DNA of 64,000 nt, taken from assembly GCA_002633005.1 (NCBI GenBank), contig NMRA01000002.1:1643023-1707022 (forward strand), given 5' to 3'. Numbering within the stretch: the first letter of the stretch is position 1; each line of letters starts with the position of its first letter. This document shows positions 13,001-33,300 of this stretch, piece by piece. Source of the stretch: Phoronis australis (taxonomy: Eukaryota > Animalia > Phoronida). Below the pieces are notes generated by a model. That model was not told the origin of the DNA, did not search any database, and saw only the letters and a program-made list of their open reading frames with translations. A program made the position numbers and the translations under genes.

Positions 13001-15400
13001 TGTGGGTTTGGCCCTCATTGAGCATGCTCACCAGAGACTTGCTCTGCTGGGGGGCTGTGAAGGACTATTGAGCCACATGAAGAAAGATGGCGCCACTGCT
13101 GACGTCAAGACATTCACCCAGCTGCTTGATGTTGTACCATCGGGCACGAGTAATGAACAGATGGTTATCGAGATGGCAGACGACCGAGGCGTGAAACTAG
13201 ACACAGACTTCTTCAGTTTGCTGATGCGGTTAAGGAATCTCAGAGGAGACTTCAATGGTGCTAAGGTGGGCAAGCATTTCAGGATAGTTGGAAATTGAAA
13301 ATAATTTTAAGGTTTTATTCAAGCTTGTTCTCAGTAATGGGCAAACTTTGTACAAATTAGGTGAGAGAATGTCTGCTAAGTGTCATGTGATATTTAATTC
13401 CAAGCTGTTTCTCTCTTACTAAATAATGAAATATTAAATGTCAACTTTCTGTCATAAGCTTTCTCTGACATGATTAAATTTTGTCAATTGGTGTCGATTT
13501 GTTCCATACCATTAACCTCTGTAGAAAGTATTGAACTAAGTCACTAAATAATTGCCATATAAATTTACAGGACTTGCTCCAAGTTATGATGGAGAGGAAA
13601 CTATACCCCAACATTCGTACGTTCGGTTGTCTGGCTATGGGGTGTGTCCGTATGGCTGATGGGCTTCAGTTAATTGACAGTTTACAGGTACACAAAGCAT
13701 GATTGTAAAAGTTTTACGAGGTGTCAGTAACAGCTAAGTATTGACCGTTCTAGAAGCAATCTGAAATGCTTTCTTCAAATCTCGTGTTTAATAATGTGTT
13801 TCACATAGCGTGTTGTATACAGCTTTACTGTGGCAGACAGTTTTCTTTGTGATGCGTTGTCTCCTTAAAGTTATTTTCAGCAAATATTTACTCACACTCT
13901 TCTACCGTCTAGTTTCCTACATAAATTATAAACCATGTCTCACTCCATTTTCATGCTTCCTTCCAACGCAAGCTCCACAGTAAATTATACATCCTAGGTG
14001 TTACTGTTAAGGATATTTAGGAGCCGAGAAGGCAAGCATGTCCAAATTTGGCTAATTAGGAACATTGTACATCAGAAATGGCTTTATTGGTTTTAAATGA
14101 AACTTGAGTTTTCATGCTTTATGTTCTGTTCTCCATTACACCGTTTGGAATTGTTTTTAAAGATTCACTTTTACAAGTGGGCTATCTGAGTAGATCTTTT
14201 ATTAATTTTGTGAAAAAATATTGAAATTGCTTATTAAAACGAAAACCAAAAGACAATTCAGAAAACTAACAGTGTTTTGTGGATTTCATTTTAAATATTT
14301 ATTTCAAACGAAATTATGGTGGTGTTATTGAGGTTACTGGTTTGCTGAATGAACCTTTTTATTTTATGAATTTTGCTAAAAAGACACGATCACGTTCAAA
14401 ATTCAAAAGTTGAAAGCTAGTCTTTCTACTTTTTGAAAATATTTATTTTTACTGACTAGCGTTACTGAAATTTTACAGTTTTGTAGATAGTTGCCTGCAA
14501 CACAGACTTGCTGATAAAGTAAATATCTATGGCATATTCTTCTGCCTAATTTAGTGCATCTATGCTAGTGCTCTAAAGGGTTTGTCAAGCAAAGAACACT
14601 AGCGATGGTACCATTCTCTCTTTACAGGATCACGGCCTGGTTCCCAATGTTGAGGTGTTCAACATTCTGTTCCGCCAGTCTGGTAACAACTTCTCCTACA
14701 AGATGGCGCTGTGTAAACTAATGAAGAAGCACGCTGTGCTACCAGAGGAGAGAACTCTGAGAATGACTGAGAACAAGATCCACTACGCCAAGCATATGTT
14801 GCTGAAAGCAGTATGTACCTTATCATCCACTAATTTTTGAATGGTCTGAGCGCAATTCTTCTCTTAACGACAACTTTGTGTTGTAGTATTTTTGCAAATA
14901 GCGCCTCTATTGTGCAAATCACAGTAAACTTATTATATTACGTAAACTATCATGCAAAGTTTCTGGAGAGATCACCAAACGTCAAATTTGGGATGAGGGA
15001 AACTGGCAAATAAGTTTCTTTTAAGGAGACGACAACACTTGCCTGGTTTCAGATAAATTTGACTCGTGCTGGGCCCTGTAGTTGCCTTTATATTTATATA
15101 CATGGTACCAATAAACACCACTAGGAGCATACCATTTGTGGTACAATTGTGGGTGCGTTTCAACACTGACTGCGTTGCTCTTACTAAATAATGAGAGCTA
15201 AGACTGAATTGAAACGATTTCAGGAGACGGGAGACCAAGACGTTCCTCCATATTTCAAGTCTAGAAGTTTTCGAAACTCTTTTAAGAACTTCATGTTGTA
15301 CTACAAACAGTGGCTTCAAGAAATGGAGGTGGATGTCAAGGAACATCCATGGAGTCAGTTTAGTGATCCAGCCATTCCGCAAGACGACTCAGCAAGTTAA
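10086..15400 (+). CDS. PTCD1: Pentatricopeptide repeat-containing protein 1, mitochondrial
   Basis: Exons 10086-10456, 11053-11167, 11701-11841, 12028-12348, 12645-13265, 13571-13687, 14628-14810, 15224-15400, GT-AG and in phase. Arg/Ser/Leu-rich presequence-like N-terminus, then FGTL, RKNTPYWY, PPR repeats (YSALIGILGRVGYTKKAFKLFNQMKKRGL, YTGLFNACANSPW, YNLLLRTVRDCG), and a C-terminal HPW. A probable non-coding first exon ends at the 9489|gtaagt donor. Confidence 0.93.
11241..11397. mobile_element. Short hAT-like MITE in a PTCD1 intron
   Basis: Termini cagtggcggattta / tgattctgcccctg with G/C-run subterminal motifs; no clear TSD. Confidence 0.55.
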
Positions 15401-16536
15401 TACTCATATACTAATGCCAAGAAATAGCCACTTTGTCAAGGCAAATCTCAATGCCACGAGTCAAGATTTTACGGTATACCAAGTGTACGTAATGTGAAAA
15501 GACAATATGGTGGTCATATTCTGACCAACTGGACGCAAGTCTTAGCTATTGCAACCGCTGTATGTAATTGTATCGCGATAGTATTGACACAGTCCATCCA
15601 TTTGAGGGCTGCCCGGCCCTTTTAGAGGCAACCTGTTAGATTTGAGCTGCGGCACTAGATTTCAAAGGATTTCATTCAGCCATCTAATTGAAGGTGTATG
15701 TTCATGTCTTATGTCAAGTTATAGTCATGTGGGAACGGAAGAAATGTTTCTTTGATAGGCATTATAATATGCAGACAAGCTTGTGTTTAAAAATACATAA
15801 CTGTATTTCTTGGCAATTTGTTGGGGCCCCAATATGTATTTTCTAAAACGGACGTGTGGAATCGCCATTTGCTCATTTCCTATTTGGATACTTTGGCAAC
15901 ACATTTTCTTTTAGACATGTTGTGCTTAACATAATATTCCATGTACAATTAACAGTTCGATGCGCTCAAGTGGTGGCTGCCAGATCTTGCATCAGGTGTC
16001 AGTCTGTACAATTGTGTCAAGTATTGTACAAACTGATGACTGACGTGAGATTGGACCAACACCATTTGGACAGAATATCAATTAAAACTGGTAAATGTAA
16101 GTGGAACACTATACTCAACACAACACATTTGATATTTCTCAACCACAAATGTGCAACAATTCTAGTTTCTAGTAAAGAATTTACACCATGCTTAATAGGA
16201 TATGCTCAGTGCTGCTTTCAAATTATGCTTTACTTTCATGTGTGAGACAACAAACTGCTTGAATTTGGCCTGTAATTGACAGAACAGTGATAAAATAAAT
16301 AAAATAATAATTATTAAACGTGCCCAGTATTTACATACATTTCACCCGTAACCAGTCCCAAAGCTAATCTACATTGTTAGTCAGCTGTGCAATGTAGTTG
16401 ATTGAAGTTGTTGATTACAAAGCACATCATCCAGTTTAAGCAATGAATTCAAGGTATTTGGAAGAGACTTGGAACTCCTTATTTTTCTTGCGCGTCTACT
16501 AGAACGGTAACACCTGCAGATGGGTCTAGATCCTGG

Positions 16537-24265
<7,729 letters not shown>

Positions 24266-24388
24266 TTTGAAACGTCAATGCGGAAGTTACGCTGACGTCA
24301 TAATCCAATATGTCTGCGCCCTTGGTTGCGTACTGTTGATTATTCTCTGCAAACCTGCAGCATTTTGAAAGGATTTACTTCACTCAGA
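24266..24388. promoter_or_regulatory. 123-bp bidirectional promoter between the TVP23 and PLD6 start codons
   Basis: Divergent ATGs at 24265 (-) and 24389 (+). Contains ETS cggaag 24281-24286, a full CRE tgacgtca 24293-24300 and CCAAT 24305-24309; a YY1-type gccatttt overlaps the TVP23 ATG. Confidence 0.75.
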
Positions 24389-26584
24389 ATGCCTGGTGTT
24401 AATTACAAAGTAGCCTTGGGAATCGCATTAGCGAGCGGTCTTGCTTTTGAGGGAATATACTACTTTCTGGAATGGTATAAACTCAAGAGAAAGAAAATGC
24501 TTAGTGAAAGGACTTTCCACGACGTTATTTTCTTTCCCGATCAGCAAGTTGCGTGTAACAATTATTTCAACACAGAAGACGGTTGTCAAAATACAAACTG
24601 TCGCTACACACACGAAAAGACCTCTCTGAGTGAACTCCACAGACACCTGAGAAGTGCGAGACAGTCCGTCGATGTTTGTGTTTTTACCATAACCTGTCCA
24701 GAACTAGGAGATGCGATTGTCAATTTGTGCCGGACAGGACTCGTGGTGCGCGTCATTGTTGACAGTGAAATGTCAGATGCCTCTGGTTCACAGATTGGAA
24801 AATTTAGAAAAGAGGGTAAAAATCCCTTACCTGCAGCAAAAAATTTTGACGAAAAAGTTATTAGAATAGATGAGCATGCAAAATCTTGAGTATGAAATGC
24901 TAGCCAGCCAGAGATGTGTATAAACACAGCTAGGGAAGAATGCATATAGATTCATATAGTTCTTGAAATTATACATCTCATGGATAGTGCTGCGTGTCAC
25001 CTTGTCTTACGAGTTGTATATCACTTGAGCTTATGACTATGGGTAACATGCAAAATCTGGAAGTCAACTGACTCCCAACTCTTTTTAGGAAAAATCTAAT
25101 ACCGGCAATCTTAAATCACTCTTACGCATTTGTAGCAAAAAACCTGTGGTCGACTTCAAAACAATACACTCGTGATATGTGCCATTTGTTTGATTTTTTG
25201 TATGATATTTTTGGAATTAGCTGATGGCTTGCATTGCATAGCAAAATTAGGTCAGAAATTAAGTTTTCTGATAAGAAAATGCTGAAAACATGTGAAACCA
25301 ATTCCAATGCTTTATTTTGAATTGTACACAAATTTGAAGAGTAAAAACAGGTGATTGAAGAAAAAAATCACCATTAGATGAAGTTCTATTTCACGTTACT
25401 GATAGCTGCCACATGTTAGCGCTTTAGAAAATTCAGCAGAATAATGGCAATTTTGTTTACACCCATATCTTACATTAATTTTGCATCACATTTTATTAGT
25501 CTTTTTTACCTGTCTGATTGTTCCAGTTTTACAGTTTTGTGCCATCAATTTGAAAAAACTCATTTCATCTTACCCTTATGCTTTTGGTAATCTAAATGGA
25601 AGTGCATAACATCTTAATCATGATAATGTTCAGCAATTATTATTAGAAAGAAAACAAAAATCAAGTGTTAGACAAAGTCATGATGAGAATGTCTCACAGG
25701 TGATGGGCTGTTAGAAGTGAAATGTGATAAATTTGTATAAATTTGTCCTTTTGGTGTTATCACCAATTACGGCTTATATAGTTCAACATTATACAAATGT
25801 GGACCAATATTGGGGGTGATATCAAGTCTTATAGGCTGAGAGACAGCAATAGTACCCGAAGCCAAAGCTCTCCCTTTGTCCACGTACCTGGTACACCCGA
25901 GGGTTGGATATACATTTTATTTCATTAACACAACCACCGATGCTTGTTCCCTCTGTTTTTTCATTTCTAAGATTTGCATGTTCTTACCTGTTCTGATGTT
26001 CTGACATCGCCAGTTCTCTTCATGCTTAGGGTTTATGGTTTCTGCACCGTCTAATTCGTTAGATACCAAGTAGCATCATCTGACATCCGTGTGGCTTGGA
26101 TGAAATGATGTTCTATGGCCTGATTTGTCAATATTACGATATATATATCAGAAGTTATTGTTACACATTTCTCCTAATCTCTGCAGTATTGGTGGCTGTG
26201 TAATGTATTTCGTGTGACTGCCGTTTTCAATCTCTGTATCCCCCTCGGGATGCTGCTTTGTCAACAATTAGTCCCTACCTGCTCATGTAATACAATCATT
26301 AAACTAACATAGAATTGTAATATACAATTTTTGTTGCATTTTCAGGAATTCAAGTAAGACCTGGAAGATCCTCCTACTTCATGCACCACAAGTTTGTTAT
26401 CCTGGACAACAAGACATTAATAAATGGTTCTTTCAACTGGACTAAGCAAGCTATTACAGGAAATAACGAGAACCTGCTTATAACTAATGACTCTAAGATC
26501 GTTAAGATGTACATGCAAGAGTTCTCTAAGTTATGGGCAATGTATGATCCTGTCTTGTTACATGCTGGTGATCATCCACGCTGA
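24389..26584 (+). CDS. PLD6: Mitochondrial cardiolipin hydrolase / Zucchini piRNA endonuclease (MitoPLD)
   Basis: Exons 24389-24815 and 26346-26584. N-terminal hydrophobic anchor, VIFFPD, CCCH zinc finger (C-x9-C-x4-C-x3-H), SVDVCVFTIT, VRVIVD, and a single HKD motif MHHKFVILD..INGSFNWT..A..GNNEN. Confidence 0.95.
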
Positions 26585-28783
26585 AAACACGAGTGATCAC
26601 ATTCACAGGTCACTGTAACTATGTTGCATTTTGGTGCAATACAAGTGTTGAATTGTTAAGCAGATGATGCCAAGAAAAAATTCTCAAGATAATTCTAGTG
26701 GGTTTGTATGGAGAGTTCGCATTTCGGATTTTATATGTCGCTTTGGACCAAATAGAGTGTGATTGCTTTTGAAGCTGATTTGCCCTCATTGCAAGTGGGA
26801 GTAGTTCTTTTCATAGATTGCCTAAATGCCGAGTTTTCTTTGGAGGCTAATTTCCCTAATCGTCTCCATGGCCAATTTTCCCGGCCATGATTACTTCCGT
26901 GCACATTTCCCCTCATTCACTGCTTCTGAGGCTACTTTCCTTCACGGATTGCTTTTGATGCTAGACATTTACTTTGGTAAGACTACATTAAAATTGCCAA
27001 CAAATATTACTAAAATTGGAAAATTATCTCTTTCAGAGGCTTTTAATTTTCAAAACGTCTGGCAACAGCTGAACCATACAAACTAGTGATTCGTGTAAAG
27101 AAATTTAGTACTAAGAAAATTTCATTTGTCTGCCACATGTCCCAAACTGACTTTTACCAGTTTCCGTCATTTGTGACTTCATTCTACTTCATGTTTGAAG
27201 AAGAGTTTAATAAAAATAATAACATGTTATGTGTTAATATTTTATTTGACTGTCACGAAAATGTAAATGCAACTGAGAATAAATAGTGAAACTCAAAAGT
27301 CCATTCTCCAAACATAGTCTGCTTAATCTTTGAGAGCAAACTTTTCCACGCAACACAATTCAATACCGGTCGTTAAGTTTCAACAAATTAAAATTAAAAT
27401 TAACTGCTTTCAGCTATTGAACCAACTGCTCATATGCAAATAAAAACAATACATTTAAAAACGGTGCTGCTTAATATTTAATATCGCAGTAGCTCATGTG
27501 ACTCCTATTCCTCAATACTCTTGGACTTATAGTAATATTTAACAAGACGCCGACAAGAACATGAAATTTGTAATCGGCTTTAAAATTGCTGAATCCCTTT
27601 AACCATTTGAACGAATCATTTTGTGAGTTTTCACATTTGTGAATTGTTCACCTTTTAAACAAATATGTTCTACCACCATGGCTATTCTGTGGACACTGGT
27701 AACGTACATAAAAATCGGTTTAATTTGAATTTTAAATGACAACAGCCAAACTCAGATCCAGCAACATTAATTGATGCAGTTCATTTTTACAAGTATGTAC
27801 ATGGCTGACAGTTTCCTAATACATCCAAGATGAATCCTTGCCTGCACACAGGAGTACTAACGGGTTAACCACACTGGTCAACGCTTCAAATGTGTAACAC
27901 ATTACCAATCCAAAATCCAAATTTCAATGCCTTAAGATATCTTACATAATGGTTGGCCATGAACTTTTGTAAAGATAAACTTCCAGTCAATCCATGGAAC
28001 ATGTGGTTTATTCCATGCTGCGGAACAAAAACATATACTACACTCATGTGGGGTTACACCCACGGTGTTTAAATTGGGAAATAAAAATGGGGCAGGAGTT
28101 GAGCCAAGCACGGGCGATTGAAAAAAATTTTTGAGCAGTCCGGGATTAACATTTACCATTTTTGCACTTCAGGACCAAAACATTAGAATCGCATCTTAAA
28201 CTACTAACAGCATGCTTGAGATCAATTAGATGTCAAAAAATGTTTTTTATGCACTTTGCCCTATTTAGCAGCAAGATCTTAACACGAGTTTTAACATTTC
28301 AAAACATTACTTTTAAGAATCCACAAACTGGTGTTGTATGAGTCTGTATCAAGTTGAAATAATAACATGTTTATAGTTTAAATATTGCGCATGAGCCAGG
28401 GTGACAGAGTATCTGTCCAGGTATATTCCAGCGATCACCTCCACACCATCTTTATAACAAGCATAATTAATCTTGTTATGTGTACAAAGCATTACAACTC
28501 AGTAACTAAGTTGACTGGGAGTCATTGGTCTTGTGCACTTGTGGAAATAGTCATTGGTGTTTCAGAAATGCTCATTGTGCCATTTGACTGTCAAATTTGT
28601 AAAGGAATTCTGAGAATGCAATTTTCAAATTTTAAGGTTGGCCAACACCAATGTGTCTTTACTTGTTGAGGGTTTGTATGTACTTCTTGGCAACTGAAAA
28701 CATGTCCCATTCTGGTATTTGAGACCGCTAAACAGAGGTGAAATGCAATTGTAAGTTAACTATTAATAGAATTTTTAAGAGTA

Positions 28784-29021
28784 CAGGGCTTGGATTTTTC
28801 CTCTTGCAAGAGGATTTCCTCTTAAATTTTTTATTTCGATATCCTCTTATCTGATTTCCCTTTCCTCTTTTTATCTTTAATTTGACTTTATTCATGCAAA
28901 AGAACATTTCTTGCAGTTAAAATTTTACGACGCAAAAACATTTCTATCACATAAGTCTATTTGTAGAATGATACGTCACTTGCAAAATTTCCCTTTTTAG
29001 TCATTGGTCATTCAAACCCTG
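28784..29021. mobile_element. hAT-like MITE with ttcctctt subterminal repeats; related inverted copy at about 45590-45813
   Basis: Termini cagggcttgga / tcaaaccctg; agagta on both flanks; co-linear similarity to the reverse complement of 45590-45813. Confidence 0.65.
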
Positions 29022-30381
29022 AGAGTAGTCATTATTTCCAAATACAGAAAATTACCAAGTGATTTACATGTTACAGTGTCAGTGGAGGCCATATGAAATG
29101 GATCTGGATCCTTTTTCCTATAAATATCATTGGGTTCAAAACAAGTCAGGTACAGACCAGAAACAATTTTGCTTATTTTTTGGCCTTAAGTGTCACTATG
29201 GTGTACTGTATTTATGAAAAGCTATGCACACAGTACTTTCCATAATAACAAATACTTTGCTAAACATTCCGGAACATGCAGCAATGGCTCTGATCATTCA
29301 ATGAACTTGCAATCACAGGCAATAGAATCAATCCTTAAATGTATGGCACAGGTACATGTATTACACAAAACTAGTGGTTCAATTATTCATGCAGAATCCA
29401 CCGTGGGACACTTCCGAGACTATCCTTCATAATCTCAACAATCTTAACCTATCAGTGAGGTCAATTAAAATTGAATGCACTCATTGGTATGCTCACTATC
29501 GGCTAAATGGCTAATCAAGAACAGAGAACACTATTTCGAACAATACATGGCGGCTAGATAGTTTAAAACTGTACAGTACTTCCAACAAGGACCTCACAAC
29601 AGTAACACTTCTACCGACGAAGGACGTGCATCAACAGGCTGTGAGGCCACATGTCTATTGAACAGAGATGGATTGCTGAAAGAACAGAGCTGGAAGCAGC
29701 CAAGGTTACGTTCTGTACTACATGTTTCTTGGCCTTTTGGTGAGATAACACAAGGTCATGCAAGTGAAAGACAAGTGGATTACAAATTAATGTGAGACCC
29801 TAGTTGCATACGCTAGCTAACTGGCCGCCGTTGAAATGATTGGTTGACCAGGATGGGAAGTTTTATTACGGGACAAAACTGCGCGTATGATTATTTCCAT
29901 TCCATAAGACAAGACTTCACAATGTAAGCTTCTAACTCTGGGTGCTGTCTCAAGAGCTTGTCATGTGAGTTTTTCAACAAACCAAGCGAAACTGTTGAAG
30001 AACTCAATACCCTAGAATACCTTTTCAGATATTAGGAAATCTACAGATAGTAAAGTGCCTTCAACAAATGCAAAACAGCTGTTAGAGGAATTATAACCTA
30101 AAATTCCCTACAGGCAAAATAGTTTAACTTCATCTTGACCACACCAGGAACCTAGTAACAAGAGTGTAATAAACTTAACATAAACGACAGGCCTTGAAAT
30201 CATGTTACGGCACTCGAAGGCAGTTCAATACGTCTACTCCATTCCTTCATTCCCTGACAATTGCCTTTCGAAACACAACACAAAATCCGAACCAATTTTT
30301 AAAGATCTTTTTTTGATGCACAGTCCATCCAGTGACTTCACACACACTTGACTTTGTTCATTGCACGCAAACTCAGCTCTG

Positions 30382-33300
30382 TCAGTCCTTTAGTCGAAGT
30401 AGCACCCCTGATGTTGTACTGATACTGGAAATAGACAACAGATGGCACCACACAGCCACTGACAATATAAACGACCAAAATTACAAACGAGGCCGAGGAA
30501 GACGAAAGGCCACAGTGCAGTATGTGAATAAATTTTGCACAGAGAAATTAATGGAGAATTCAAGCCTCAAATTTTTGAAGCCAAGTGAGCTAACGACCTG
30601 CACTATAAGATGGGAGCGTCTGAAAACGGAAGACTCAAAGTCATAGTAAACACTACATCAGCGGATCAAAACGGCCAACTTCAAAGCCACATAAAATAGG
30701 AATAAAGTGATTTGTTAGCAAAAAAATAATACTTCTGGGCTGAGTTGCATAAAGCTTCAAAAGTTATCCACTGGATAAGGTTGATTGTTGCATGACGTCA
30801 GGTGCATTGTTCAACAATAACAACGTGCCATGTGATAATGCGACATCATAGTTGCTATACGGCGTATAACTTTTATGCAACTGGGCCCTGGGTTCCACTC
30901 TAACCATAGTGTAACCATGGAAAATAAGATGTATATATTTCAGTAACTTAACAAGCTAATTTTTGGGAAAGTCACAAAAATTAATCAAAACATTGGACAG
31001 TCACTACTATTTGAAATGGAACGGCCCAAGAAAATGATAGTCATCAATGCCCGTATTTAAGTAGTGTCACTGCTATGCACTCAACACAAGGATAACACAT
31101 GCGTTTAGAAAGTCATTACTCCTACAAAAGCTTCCTACTGGTCAAGTTTTATGTTCTCAATCACATCATGGTGCGATACAATGTTTCTCAAAGCCAGACG
31201 TCGATATCCGGCATAGATCAAAACATGTCACACAGCTTCGATGTGATTCATGCACACTATGGACCAAGTGAATTTCATGGATTGCTTGTGTGACTACAGT
31301 CACTAGCAGAATTTGATTTACTCTTACAGGCAATTTCGACTTCTAAACCCTCAGTTCTGCATTAGGTACCAGATCAGTACAAATCCCAAGCAGAACCACC
31401 CGGCGTGTGAACAGTGTACCCGACGTGATGGCCCCTGGTGATCCCTATTGGTCCTGCAACGCTCTTGGGGGTCCAGGAGACCAACACGGCAGTTTTGGGA
31501 GCATCAAAACTGTCATGTTCATCTGCGACGGTCTGAAAAGATGGTGAAATCCGGGATGGTCTGTGTAGTCACCGTGTTGGTCCATGTTCATGCGGGGTTG
31601 TTCATGTCTCTTCTGTGTTTGTCCGTACTGTTTTGATGTTCTACATCGACAGTCTGGGATGGTCCATTGTCAACCGTGTGGGCGTCACGTCAATTTTGCT
31701 ACCCTATAACTGCCATGTGTGTCTTGTATTTTGCACGTGTTCACCTGAGTAGCTCCCAGGTTGGCACTGGCCTGACTGTCGTTGGAAGACCGTCAAACTC
31801 CCAAATGAGCACAGACCATACCAGATCTTGATCTAGCACTTTCCATTGCTGTGTTCATCCATGCTTACATGGGACAGGAGCTTAGGAACCTACATTCTGC
31901 CATGAACAGTACAAGAGTTACTACATACCATGATACTAAGTCAGCTCCAATCAAATCATGTATGTGGTACGATATTCCTAATTTGGCAACTTTGGGCAAC
32001 TTTCTTGTTTCCAGGTCCTGAAACACATTACAAACCCCTCAATCCACAGATGGACGAAATGGTCACAATCTTGATAAAACAACAGCTACGCAATGGTTCA
32101 GACATGCCAACGAATAGCAAGTGCAGTTTTTGGACAGTGCTCTGAGACACCAAAACTAAATCCTGTTCATGTTACATATAGTGAACTGATACATTTTATT
32201 GCTCAAGTTTCAGAATGAAAAACAAACTCTCATGACTAACACAGTCTTACTTAGCGCTAATGGGCAATTCAATAAATAGCCCCATAGAGTCACCACTAAT
32301 CTCTTGTAGCACCTCTGTTTTAACACTTTCTTATCATGTTTAATACTGCCTTACATGGCACAATTTGACACCCCCCACACACGATTCAACCATGAGACCA
32401 CTAACCTGTTGTAGGATCTCTCTGTATTTGCACTTTCTGATCATGGTTAATACTGCCTTGCGCCCCCTGATGAAGCTCTTCATGAACATACCGGCCGCTG
32501 GAATGGCCACCCACCATGTGCCGACGTCTCGGACGGTCAACACACCAGACTTTACCAGTTGGCTGAGATGACAATGGAATGGGATTATAGAAGAATAGGA
32601 AGTTGGTGCGTCTGCGTGCGTGTATGTATGAGTGCCTGAGCCTGCATTCAAGTGCATATGTGAAGTATTTGTGGGCTAATAACATTTCAACAAAGACACG
32701 ATACCAAAAACTTAAGAAAGATTCAAAGATTTTCCTTTTCTCATGAACATTTCTCGCAAACCGAGTCACCTTCCTTATCAACCAGTCGTTTTAAAACAGA
32801 ACTGAATCTCTTTTACAAAACACTTCTACGCTTATCCACAGTGTTACTTTACCAGTTCATAACAAAAAGATGTCAACTACTTAAGCGAGAATGCCCATAC
32901 CACTCATGATGGCTGGTTACTCTGAGTGCAATACAATAACCCAAAGCTTTAATTAAAGAAAGGTTCTACTTGGCTCAGGTCACACTACAGCACAAATGCA
33001 CGAGCTTGCAAAAACCTTCGCATAAATACCGACTCACTGTTCATAAACTGGGTAAAACGTGTGATCAGTTATTTATAAAAACCTTGGCATAAATACTGAA
33101 AAAGACTCACTGTTCACATACTGAGTACAACGTGTGATCAGTTATATACAGTTCACATCAAGTCATCAGACTAAATACCATTTTGTCCAATTATTTTTGG
33201 CATGCGACAAATATGAGTGGACATTCTTGCATGACAAAATGCATAATTTGATATTGCAAGCCTCCATTTCTAAACACATCTGACGAAGTAAATGCAACAC

